Shown one piece after another: positions 8,329-17,533 of a DNA stretch of 64,000 nt. Made by a program: the position numbers and the translations under genes. The notes beneath the pieces are model-generated. The model saw only the letters and a list, made by a program, of their open reading frames with translations. It ran no database searches and was not told the origin of the DNA. Positions within the stretch are counted from its first letter, which is position 1. Every line of letters begins with the position of its first letter. Source of the stretch: an uncultured delta proteobacterium (GTDB lineage: Bacteria; Myxococcota_A; Polyangia; Polyangiales; Polyangiaceae); NCBI GenBank assembly GCA_963841435.1, contig CAWJCS010000006.1, positions 1,440,001 through 1,504,000 on the forward strand, given 5' to 3'.

Positions 8329-10026
8329 ATGTTGAAAGGAGTGCGACCGGCGTTGGTCTTTTGGGGGGCGCTCGGCGTGCTCGCGCTGGTCCGATGCGGG
8401 GGGCGGGCCGAGGAGCGAGCGCGGGTTCACTCCCAGCCGATGGGCGGCACCGCAGGAACCGCGGGGACGGCGCCCGTTGGCGGTGAAGCGGGCGTCTGTT
8501 CCGGGTGCGGCGGGGAAGGAGGTGAAGGGGCGCAGGGTGGGGTGAGCGAGATCGCGGGGACGGGTGGCCGCGCGGGCGGCGCCGGGAGCTCGGGCTCGGG
8601 CGGTGGTGGCGGTCTCGGCGCAGGGACGAGCGGGATGGGCGGCCTGGCTGGCGAGGCCGGCCAAGGCGGCGCGGGGGACGAGGGTGTGGCGCTCACGAAG
8701 CTCGCCGTGTACCAGGCCGTCGAGGTGCCGCTCATGTCGGGCGGGCGGATTCCGGCGCGCAACGCCGCGCTCGTGGCGGGGCGGCGGGCGCTCGTCCGGG
8801 CGTGGCTCACTCCGAGCATGACGGCCGCGCCGCGCGCGCTCCGGGGAACGTTGACGCTCGAAAACAGCCTCGGCGAGAGCACGTTCGACGCCGACTTGAC
8901 GCTCGCGGTCCCCTCGACCGACGCCGAGCTGGGCTCGACGCTCGACTTCGAAATTCCCGCCGCGCTCGTGAGCGAAGATGCGGCGCTCGCGGTCACGGTC
9001 TTCGACGCGGAGGACGACGTGGAGCTTGCGCGTTGGCCGGTGAGCGGCAAACAGGCGCTCGCTGCCGAGGATTCGCACGGACCGTTCGTGCTTTCGCTCG
9101 TGCCGCTCGTCGTCGCAGGCCATGTGCCCGACCTCTCGATCCCGGTCCGCAAGCGTTACGAGCGGCTCATGCGCGCCATGTATCCGGTGCCCGACCTCGT
9201 GGTGACCGTGCACGGCGCCGTGACGCTGTCGTTCGACGTGCTTGCCGACGGCACGGGCTGGGACGAAGCGCTCGACGAGCTCTACGCGGTGCGCGCCGCC
9301 GACGACCCGGCGCCGAATGCCTACTACTACGGCGTGCTCACCCCCCGCGCGACGAGCGACGAGTACTGCCCGCGCAACTGCACCGTCGGGCTCTCGGTCG
9401 TCGCCGGGGCGAACGAGGAGCTTTATCGGGGCTCGATCGGCACGGGTTACTTCGACCGACCGAGCGACACGTTCTCGCCGGAGACCATGGCGCACGAGCT
9501 CGGCCACGCGCTTGGTCGCGACCATTCGCCTTGCGGCACGACCGACTCCGATCCGCGGTTTCCGTACGGCGACGGTTTCATCGGCAGCTGGGGTTACGAC
9601 GGCTCGAGGCTTCGCAACCCCGCCGTCGATACCGACGTCATGGGCTACTGTGTGCCGGTCTGGATCAGCGACTATACCTACGATCGCCTCTTCACGCGGA
9701 TCGCCTACGTGAACGGGCTTGCTCCCCGCGAAAGTGGCAACGCCCTGCCTGGTGGGGCCAAGACGTCCTTCCGTACGCTCGTCGTGCGGCCGGACGGCAC
9801 GCTCCGCTGGGGCCGCAAGAAGGTCACGCGTGGCGAGCCACCGGCGACGAAACGGAGGGTGGAGCTTCTCGACGCGAACGGTCGGGTCCTCGCGACGATC
9901 GAGGCGCCGTTCGCGCGTTTCGATCACTTGCCCGGCGGCTTTCTCACGCTGCCGTCCGGCGTGGTTGACGCGCCGGGCGTCGCGTCGCTTCGCGTCGGCG
10001 CCCAGACGCTGCGACGCGCTCCGTGA
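8329..10026 (+). CDS. Exported zinc metallopeptidase (M66-like) with Gly-rich N-terminal linker
   Basis: Signal or lipoprotein-like N-terminus, GGxAG repeats, AHELGHALGRDH zinc motif, WGYD and DVMGYC Met-turn. Confidence 0.8.
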   Translation: MLKGVRPALVFWGALGVLALVRCGGRAEERARVHSQPMGGTAGTAGTAPVGGEAGVCSGCGGEGGEGAQGGVSEIAGTGGRAGGAGSSGSGGGGGLGAGTSGMGGLAGEAGQGGAGDEGVALTKLAVYQAVEVPLMSGGRIPARNAALVAGRRALVRAWLTPSMTAAPRALRGTLTLENSLGESTFDADLTLAVPSTDAELGSTLDFEIPAALVSEDAALAVTVFDAEDDVELARWPVSGKQALAAEDSHGPFVLSLVPLVVAGHVPDLSIPVRKRYERLMRAMYPVPDLVVTVHGAVTLSFDVLADGTGWDEALDELYAVRAADDPAPNAYYYGVLTPRATSDEYCPRNCTVGLSVVAGANEELYRGSIGTGYFDRPSDTFSPETMAHELGHALGRDHSPCGTTDSDPRFPYGDGFIGSWGYDGSRLRNPAVDTDVMGYCVPVWISDYTYDRLFTRIAYVNGLAPRESGNALPGGAKTSFRTLVVRPDGTLRWGRKKVTRGEPPATKRRVELLDANGRVLATIEAPFARFDHLPGGFLTLPSGVVDAPGVASLRVGAQTLRRAP

Positions 10027-10038
10027 AGACGCCCTCGG

Positions 10039-11802
10039 TCAGTAGAGCGCGGCGATTGCCTTGTCGTACTTTTTCACGACGGCGTCGCGCTTGACCTTGA
10101 GCGAGGGCGTCAGCATCCCGTTCTCGACGGTGAAGTCCTCCATCACCACGAGGATGCCGCGCGGCCGCTCGTACGACTTGAACGTCAGGGAAACGCGGTC
10201 GAGCTCGGATTGCAGCGCCCTTTTCACTTCGGGGTCCGTCGTCGGCTCCCCCGAGAACGGGCGGCCATGCTGCACGGCCCAGCGCTGCAAGCCCTCGCGA
10301 TCGGGCACGACGACCGCCACGTTGTGGGGCCTGTTGTCGCCGTAGAGCATCACGTTGGTGATGAGCGGCGAGAGCTTGAGCTGCTCCTCGAGCGGCGACG
10401 GCACGACGTATTTTCCGTTTTCGAGCTTGTACTGCTCCTTGATACGACCCGTGATGTAGAGGTACCCGTCGGCGTCGAGGCGGCCCATGTCCCCTGTGCG
10501 CAGGCCGTGGTCGGCGGTGAACACGCGGGCGTTCTCTTCGGGGCGGTTGTGGTAGCCCTGCATCACGTTGTGCCCGTAGACGATGATCTCGCCGTTTTCG
10601 GGATCGCCCGTGACATCCGTATCGATCGCGATGCGCACGCTCGGCAGGGCCTTGCCGACGCTGCCGATGCGCTGATTATCCGGAAAGTTGGTCGAAACGA
10701 CCGGGCTCGCTTCGCTCAAGCCGTAGCCCTCGTACACATCGATGCCGAGGGCGTTGACGAACTCGGCGACGTCTTTGCTCAGCGCCGCGCTGCCGCTCAC
10801 GGCGAAGCGCAACCGGCCGCCGAGGCGCGCGCGCACCTTGCGGAAGATCAGCGTGTCGGCGAGCTTCAGGCTCGCGAGCGCGACGGGGCCCAGTCGCTCC
10901 CCGCGCGTGCGGCGCGTGGCCGCGGCGAGGCCTGCGCGAAACAGCGCGCGAATCGCGCCGGGCTTGTCCTCCATCTGCCGGGTGATGCCCGCGTAGACGC
11001 GGTTGAAGATGCGGGGCACGGCGATCAGAACGGTTGGCTTTACCTCGCTGAGGTTCTGCACGAGGTTCTCGACGCTGTCGTTGATGGCGATCGACAGGCC
11101 GAGGCTGAGGAGCGAATGGAGCTCCGCCGTCTGGCCGAACGCATGGGCCCAGTACAAGAACGCGAGCGAGCGATCGGTCGGCCCGAGCGGGAACACGATG
11201 TTCACGTCGTTCACGTTGGCGCAGAAGTTTGCATGGGTGAGCACGACGCCCTTCGGCAGCCCCGTCGTGCCCGACGTGTAGATGAACCCGGCGATCTCGT
11301 TGGGGGCGGGGTGCTCGGGCGGCGTCGGCGCGTGGCTGCCCTGGCTCTCGATGCTCTTGAACGACGCGGGGTCGTCCGCGGGGAGCTCGATGCCGATGAG
11401 GTGCTCGATGCTCGGCACCTCGACGCGCCGGGACTGCAGCTTTTCGTAGATCACTCGCTTGGACGCGATCACGATGCGCGCGGCGCAGTCGTTCAGGATG
11501 AAGACCCACTCGTCGGCGTGCTGGGCCTCGTACATCGGCACGAACGTGGCGCGCAGGCCGTAGCTCGCGTAGGCCGCGACGGCCCATTCGATGCAGTTGT
11601 CCGCGACGATGGCCACGCGGTCTCCAGCGCCGACCCCCAGGCGTCTCAGCCCGCTGCGGAAGGCATCCACCCGCGCCTGGAAGTCGCGGTAGCTGATGTA
11701 GGACCAATTCCCGTCGTGTTTCGTCCCGAAGAGGTCATGCTCGGCGAAGTCCCGGCAGCTCTGCTCGTAGAGATCGACGAGGTTCTTGAAGGAACGCGTC
11801 AT
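10039..11802 (-). CDS. fadD: Long-chain fatty acid-CoA ligase (AMP-binding)
   Basis: IYTSGTTGLPKG, YEGYGLSE, RTGDMG, GRIKE and LTPSLKVKR motifs. Confidence 0.92.
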   Translation of the reverse strand: MTRSFKNLVDLYEQSCRDFAEHDLFGTKHDGNWSYISYRDFQARVDAFRSGLRRLGVGAGDRVAIVADNCIEWAVAAYASYGLRATFVPMYEAQHADEWVFILNDCAARIVIASKRVIYEKLQSRRVEVPSIEHLIGIELPADDPASFKSIESQGSHAPTPPEHPAPNEIAGFIYTSGTTGLPKGVVLTHANFCANVNDVNIVFPLGPTDRSLAFLYWAHAFGQTAELHSLLSLGLSIAINDSVENLVQNLSEVKPTVLIAVPRIFNRVYAGITRQMEDKPGAIRALFRAGLAAATRRTRGERLGPVALASLKLADTLIFRKVRARLGGRLRFAVSGSAALSKDVAEFVNALGIDVYEGYGLSEASPVVSTNFPDNQRIGSVGKALPSVRIAIDTDVTGDPENGEIIVYGHNVMQGYHNRPEENARVFTADHGLRTGDMGRLDADGYLYITGRIKEQYKLENGKYVVPSPLEEQLKLSPLITNVMLYGDNRPHNVAVVVPDREGLQRWAVQHGRPFSGEPTTDPEVKRALQSELDRVSLTFKSYERPRGILVVMEDFTVENGMLTPSLKVKRDAVVKKYDKAIAALY

Positions 11803-11902
11803 GCTCCCGAGGCAGCATAGGCCGGAAGGACCGAGCCGCGTCAACCGTAAGCCGGCGACCCGGCTGGCAAGCGGCGCGCGGCCGTGGCAGAGAACGGCCG
11901 CC

Positions 11903-13373
11903 GTGCCGACCTATTCGATCGTGACGTTCGGCTGCCAGATGAACCAGCACGATTCTCGCCGGATCGGCGAGGTGCTCGACGCATCCGGCTGGACCGAGGC
12001 GAGCACCCTCGAGCAGTCGGATCTCGTGCTCTTGAACACCTGCAGTGTGCGCGAGAAGGCGGAGCAAAAGCTCCGGAGCGAGGTCGGGCGCCTCGCCGAG
12101 CTCAAGGCGAAGCGACCCGCTCTTTTGATCGGCGTCGCCGGCTGCGTGGCACAACAGGAAGGCGAGCGTCTCGTCGCGCGCATGCCCCACGTCGATCTGG
12201 TCGTCGGCCCCGACAACCTGTCGGAGCTTCCTGCGATCCTCGCGGACGCCGAGCTCGGGGGCCCGACGCAGGTGCGCACGGTGTTCGATCTCGACGCCCC
12301 CCGCTTCCTCGCCGCGCGCCCGCTCCCCGGGGCGGCGCGCCCCACCGACTTCGTGACGACGATGAAGGGCTGCAACGAGCGTTGCTCGTTCTGCATCGTG
12401 CCGACCACGCGCGGCCCCGAACGCTACCGCCCGGCCCGCGAGATCGTCGAAGAGATCGCGCGGCTCGTCGCGGCGGGGACGCGCGAAGTGACGCTGCTGG
12501 GGCAGACGGTGAACAGCTATCGCGACCCGGAGCGCTCGCTCCCGGAGCCGGATGGCGCGGGCGAGCGCGCGTTCGTTCACACGCACCCGACCACGCAGCG
12601 CGAGGACGAAAGCGAATTTCCGGCGCTGCTCCGCCGTATCGCGAGCGAGGTGCCCGAGCTCGGGCGCCTGCGCTACACGAGCCCCCATCCGCGCCACCTC
12701 ACGCGTTCGTTGATCCGCGTGCACGCCGAGCTCGAGGTGCTCGCGCGGCACGTCCATCTGCCCGTGCAGTCGGGCAGTGACCGCGTGTTGAAACGCATGC
12801 TGCGGCGCTATTCGGTCGCCGAGTACCACGAGCGCGTCGAGGCCTTGCGCGAGGCCGTGCCGGGCGTGACGCTCTCGACCGACGTGATCGTCGGCTTTCC
12901 CGGTGAGACGCCGGACGACTTCGCCCGGACGCTCGACCTCGTCGCGAGCGTCGGATTCACGGGCCTGTTCGGCTTCAAGTACTCCACGCGTCCCTACACG
13001 CCGGCGCTCAAGCTCGACGGCGAGCCGCCCGAAACGGTGAAAGACGAGCGGCTACAGGCGCTGTTCGCGGTCTCGGACCGCGCGCGCGCTGATCACCTCG
13101 CTTCGCTCGTGGGGACGACCGTCACGGTGCTCGTCGAGGGGCGGAGCAAGGGCGCGTCGTTCACCGGGCGCAGCGAGCGCAACGAGATCGTGCATTTCGA
13201 CGCCGACGCCGAGCTCGTGGGCCGCATCCTGCCGGTCGTGGTCCGCCGCGCATTCAAAAACTCGCTCGGCGGAGCGATTCGAGCCTGCGTGGCTTTCTCG
13301 CCTCGAGCGTGGGGCGCGCCCGCCGCCACCCGACGCCGAGCGCCGCGTTCGTGCGCTCCCCGTCTTGCCATGA
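11903..13373 (+). CDS. miaB: tRNA ms2i6A37 methylthiotransferase MiaB (apparent frameshift near 13273)
   Basis: TFGCQMN, NTCSVREKAE, GCVAQ, CNERCSFC radical-SAM motif and TRAM domain. The alternative frame after ~13273 reads RFEPAW...RVRALPVLP* and stops at 13373, overlapping the next ATG. Confidence 0.92.
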
Positions 13374-13891
13374 CCGCGGTCGTCCGTGCTTACCGCGGTA
13401 TCGTGCCGCGCCTCGGGCGCGACGTGTTCGTCGCGCCCACGGCGGCCGTCGTGGGTGACGTTGAGCTCGGCGACGAAGCGAGCGTCTGGTACGGCGCCGT
13501 TTTGCGCGGCGACGTGGGGCGCATTCGCGTCGGACGCCGCACGAACGTGCAGGACCTGGCGGTCGTGCACATGTCGCTCGGCGAGTCGAACGCCGAGCTC
13601 GGTGACGACGTGACCATCGGCCACCACGCCGTGATCCACGGGGCGATCGTCGAGGACGGCGCGCTCGTCGGCATCGGGGCGATCGTGCTCGACAACGCCG
13701 TCATCGGCAGCGAAGCCATGGTGGGCGCTGGTGCGCTCGTGACGGCGGGCATGCGCGTGCCGCCCCGCACGCTCGTGCTCGGAACGCCCGCGCGCGTCGT
13801 GCGACCGCTCGACGAAGGTGAATGGACGCAGGGCCGCGTCTTCGCGGCCCGCTACGTCGGTGTGGCGCGCGAGCACGCCGTCGCGGGCTGA
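13370..13891 (+). CDS. Gamma carbonic anhydrase family protein (YrdA/PaaY-like)
   Basis: Hexapeptide repeats plus WYGAVLRGD, NVQD..VH and IGHHAVIHG motifs. Confidence 0.9.
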   Translation: MTAVVRAYRGIVPRLGRDVFVAPTAAVVGDVELGDEASVWYGAVLRGDVGRIRVGRRTNVQDLAVVHMSLGESNAELGDDVTIGHHAVIHGAIVEDGALVGIGAIVLDNAVIGSEAMVGAGALVTAGMRVPPRTLVLGTPARVVRPLDEGEWTQGRVFAARYVGVAREHAVAG

Positions 13892-13909
13892 GCCAGCGCT
13901 CTGCCGCCG

Positions 13910-14110
13910 TCAGCCGCCGCCGACGAGGTGCACGATCTCGAGCCGATCGTCGGCGGCCAGCGGCGTGGTGGCGTGCTTGGCACGCGGGACGACTTCGCGG
14001 TTTCGCTCGACGGCGACGGGCCCCTCGGTGAAACCGAGCAGCTCGACGAGCCCGCGCACGGTGAGCCCGTCGCTCACGTCTCGCTCTTCGCCGTTGACCG
14101 TCAAGCGCAT
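13910..14110 (-). CDS. thiS: Sulfur carrier protein ThiS
   Basis: MRLTVNGE...[12 protein letters not shown]...[12 protein letters not shown], 66 aa, with an AGGAAGG RBS upstream. Confidence 0.92.
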   Translation of the reverse strand: MRLTVNGEERDVSDGLTVRGLVELLGFTEGPVAVERNREVVPRAKHATTPLAADDRLEIVHLVGGG

Positions 14111-14180
14111 GGTTTGGCCCTTCCTCCTCGGCGTGGGGACCCGGGCCACGTAGCACGTTCGCGCCGGGTCGGGGCCCGTT

Positions 14181-15629
14181 TTGCGAGTGGTGCCGGACGC
14201 GCTAGCCTTCGCACGGTGCGATTTCCTGGTCGTGACAGCGATCGCCGCCCTGGCCATCCCGCTCGGTGTGGCTGCCGTCGCCGGACCGCGTGTCGCGCGG
14301 GCCCTCGACGACCGCGTGGCGGTCACCTGTGCGGGCCTCAGGCTTCCGCCGGAGCGGGAGCTCGACCCGTTCGTCGCGGATCTCGCCGCACGGGCCCAGC
14401 AGCGCGAGGCGTTCCTCGCGCTCCCGGAGGGCATGCGCCCGGTGACCTTCGCGGCGCTCGGCATCGAGCTCGATCGCGAGGCGACGCACGAGCGCCTTGC
14501 GCGGGAGCGCCGGGCGCCGCCGCTTTCGACCCGGCTTTTCGCGCTGATTCGGGCGCCGGGTGAGCCACCACGCGTCGAGCCCGCGTTCCGCTTCGATGAA
14601 ACGCGCGCCCGCGGCTTCCTCGGCGCGCTCGCGAGCGAGCTGCACGAAGATGCGGTTGACGCGCGCCTGGACCTCGAGGGTCACCAGCGCGTTCCCGAAG
14701 CCGTCGGGCGCGATCTCGACGTGCCGGCCACGCTCCGTGCCGTTGCGGTGGGCGAGCGCCGCGAGCTCGCCGTGTTCGGCGCGGTGTTCGAGCCCATCCC
14801 GCCCACGGTGACGCTAGCGGCGCTCGCCTCGGTTGACGTGTCGAAGGTGCTCTCGAGCTTCGTCACGGATTTCTCGAAGAAGTCGCGCTCGCGCGTGCCG
14901 AACATCCGCCGGGCCGCCGCTTATCTGAACGGCGTCGTGCTGGGCCCGGGCGAGGTCCTGAGCTTCAACCGCGTCGTGGGTCCCCGCACGGCGGAGCGAG
15001 GCTTCAAGAACGCCCCGGTGATCGTCGCCGACGAGCTCGAGCAGGGCCTGGGCGGGGGCGTGTGCCAGGTGGCGAGCACGCTCTTCGCGGCGTCGATGCT
15101 CGGAGGGCTCGAAATCGTGACCCGCCGCAGCCACAGCCGCCCGAGCGGCTACGCTCCGCTCGGGCTCGACGCCACCGTCATCTACCCGGAGGTGGATCTT
15201 CGGCTCAGAAACCCCTATGCCGCGCCCGTGATCATCCACGCTTTCGTCCCCGACAGCCGCACGTTGCACGTCGAGCTCCTCGGCTTCGAGATTGGCCCCG
15301 TCCGGCATTCGTTCGCCGTCGAGCGGCGTGACCCCTTCGCCCGCCGCGTGGTCGTGAAGTCGGAGCTCTCTTCCGGCACCGTTGACAAGCGCCAGGATGG
15401 CCACGAGGGCTACGAGGGCAAGAGCACGCTGCTCGTGACCGCCACGGACGGGACCCGTCACGCCCGGCGCTACTCGAGCACGTACTACCCGGTGCCGGAG
15501 GTCTATTGGGTTGCCCCCGATGTCGACCCCCGCTCGCTCCCGCCGCTCCCCGAGGGCGCGCGTGGTGTCGAGCTCACGGACGAGGCGACGGCAGCTGACG
15601 GCGAACGAGGAGACGCCCGTGAGCCCTGA
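14181..15629 (+). CDS. VanW-family protein with N-terminal TM segment and G5-like tail
   Basis: [12 protein letters not shown]...[25 protein letters not shown] and R.SHS...[10 protein letters not shown] motifs. Start uncertain. Confidence 0.88.
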   Translation: MRVVPDALAFARCDFLVVTAIAALAIPLGVAAVAGPRVARALDDRVAVTCAGLRLPPERELDPFVADLAARAQQREAFLALPEGMRPVTFAALGIELDREATHERLARERRAPPLSTRLFALIRAPGEPPRVEPAFRFDETRARGFLGALASELHEDAVDARLDLEGHQRVPEAVGRDLDVPATLRAVAVGERRELAVFGAVFEPIPPTVTLAALASVDVSKVLSSFVTDFSKKSRSRVPNIRRAAAYLNGVVLGPGEVLSFNRVVGPRTAERGFKNAPVIVADELEQGLGGGVCQVASTLFAASMLGGLEIVTRRSHSRPSGYAPLGLDATVIYPEVDLRLRNPYAAPVIIHAFVPDSRTLHVELLGFEIGPVRHSFAVERRDPFARRVVVKSELSSGTVDKRQDGHEGYEGKSTLLVTATDGTRHARRYSSTYYPVPEVYWVAPDVDPRSLPPLPEGARGVELTDEATAADGERGDAREP

Positions 15630-17439
15630 GAGCGCCGCTCGCTTTCTCGTCGTGCTCGCCGCCGCGACGGCGGGCTGCCGCCGCGAGGCGCAGGGTCACG
15701 CGGCAGCGTCGGCGTCGGCGTCGGTGGCAGTCCCCGTCGGTCACGCGCCAGCGCCGGTCGATCACGGCGAGCTCGACACGAAGGCGCCCACGGACGCACC
15801 GAGGCTTGCTGCCACGGTGATCGCGACCACCGTGTACAAGCTCCCCGATACCGACTCGCGCCGCCTCGGCTACGTGCGCCTCGGCGGCATCATCCGCCGT
15901 GATCCGGAGCCGGTGCCCGGCAAGGGCTGCAAAGCACAATTTTACCACGTCTACCCGATCGGGTACGTCTGTACCGAGGAGGCGACGACCAAGCTCGATG
16001 CGCCCCTCGTGCGTGCTGCGAGCCGCCGCCCCGATCTCGACAGACCCCTGCCGTATGCGTACGGCTTCGTCCGCGCCACGGCGCCCCAATACCTTCGCAT
16101 CCCGACCCGGGCCGAGCAGGAGAAGAGCGAGTTCAAGCTCGAGGAGCACATGGCGTGGTTCGCCGAGCACCGGGCCGAGGTGCAGACCGTGGTTCTCGGC
16201 GCGAACGACGTGCCGCTCGACGAACGCGGCTACGCCACGCCAGGGCTGAAGCCGCCGCCCGGCTTCCGGCTTTCGACGGAGCGGAGCGACAACGAGCGCC
16301 TCGGCGGCCAGGGCCCCAACGATCCGATCCCATTCTGGCTCGTCGGGGGTCGCCAGATCCCGAACGTTTCGGGTTTCGAGGTGCCGGAAACGGCGATCTT
16401 CGCGGACCGCGTGCGCCGCAAGACGGGCCTTTCGCTCGTCGGCGCTTTCGAAACGGAGAGCGAGGGTCTGCGACGCCGTTTCGCGGTGACCGTCGATCTC
16501 CGGCTCGTCCCCACCACGAAGGTGAAGCCCGACACGGGCAGCCCTTTTCACGGCATCGAGCTGAGCGACAAGCTGCCCATGCCCTTTGCCTGGGTGGTTC
16601 CGAGCGACGCCAGGAGCTACCGGCTCGCGAAGGACGGCGACGAAGCCAGCCCCGACGTAGAGCTGCCCCGCCGCGTGATCGTTCCGCTCACGGGCAAGGC
16701 TCGCATCCAGGCAGGCGAGCGCTTCTACCAGACCTCCAAGGACCCGACGGCGTGGCTGCGTGCGAAGGACCTCGCCATCGTGGCGCCACCGGCCGAAATG
16801 CCCGAGGTCGCCGACGCCGGTAAGAAGTGGATCGACATCTGTATCACCCAGCAAACGCTGGTTCTCTACGAAGGCAAGCGCCCGCTCTACGCTACTCTCG
16901 TTTCGACGGGTCGCGATCGCCTCGGCGACCCCAAGACGACGCTGTCGACGCCGCGCGGGACCTTCACGCTGCAGAGCAAGCACATTGCCGCCGCGATGGA
17001 CTCCGACGAGAACTCGAGCGTCGCGGGCGGCACGCGCACCCGCAGCGTTGCCCACTCCGAGTCCTCGAAGGCGACCATCGAGCGCCTGCTCCGCGCGCGT
17101 GAGCACGGCGAGACGTTGAACGAAGAGGACCGCCGACGCCTCGCCAACATCGACAAGGGCCGCGACCCCGAGTACGGCATCACCGTGCGCCGCGGTGCGT
17201 CCGGCTTCGAGCTTCGGGACGTCCCCTGGATCCAGTACTTTGCCTCCGGGTACGCCATCCACGGCGCCTACTGGCACGACGTGTTCGGCATCCCACGCAG
17301 CCACGGTTGCGTGAATTTGTCGCCGATTGACGCTCGAATCGTATTTCGCTTCACCGATCCGCCGGTGCCCGAGGGCTGGCACGGGATCAACGTGAGCAGT
17401 GAGATGGGTGAGGGCACCACCGTCGTCATCCGCGAGTAG
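15619..17439 (+). CDS. L,D-transpeptidase (YkuD) lipoprotein
   Basis: TAG-C lipobox-like motif, QTLVLYEG...VSTG, TPRGTF and the catalytic motif AIHGAYWH...SHGCVN. Confidence 0.88.
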   Translation: MSPESAARFLVVLAAATAGCRREAQGHAAASASASVAVPVGHAPAPVDHGELDTKAPTDAPRLAATVIATTVYKLPDTDSRRLGYVRLGGIIRRDPEPVPGKGCKAQFYHVYPIGYVCTEEATTKLDAPLVRAASRRPDLDRPLPYAYGFVRATAPQYLRIPTRAEQEKSEFKLEEHMAWFAEHRAEVQTVVLGANDVPLDERGYATPGLKPPPGFRLSTERSDNERLGGQGPNDPIPFWLVGGRQIPNVSGFEVPETAIFADRVRRKTGLSLVGAFETESEGLRRRFAVTVDLRLVPTTKVKPDTGSPFHGIELSDKLPMPFAWVVPSDARSYRLAKDGDEASPDVELPRRVIVPLTGKARIQAGERFYQTSKDPTAWLRAKDLAIVAPPAEMPEVADAGKKWIDICITQQTLVLYEGKRPLYATLVSTGRDRLGDPKTTLSTPRGTFTLQSKHIAAAMDSDENSSVAGGTRTRSVAHSESSKATIERLLRAREHGETLNEEDRRRLANIDKGRDPEYGITVRRGASGFELRDVPWIQYFASGYAIHGAYWHDVFGIPRSHGCVNLSPIDARIVFRFTDPPVPEGWHGINVSSEMGEGTTVVIRE

Positions 17440-17533
17440 GTGCGGGGGTGGGGGAGGGGTGGTAGCTTCTTCGTTGCGATGCCTGCCGAATGTAGCGATC
17501 GGGGCGGGTGGAGCCGGCCATGAAGGGGAAGGG

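Noticed and set aside
11786-13891. Novel 701-aa MiaB-carbonic anhydrase fusion
   Set aside because: The alternative frame gives a natural MiaB end with an ATGA overlap, so it is most likely a one-base error.
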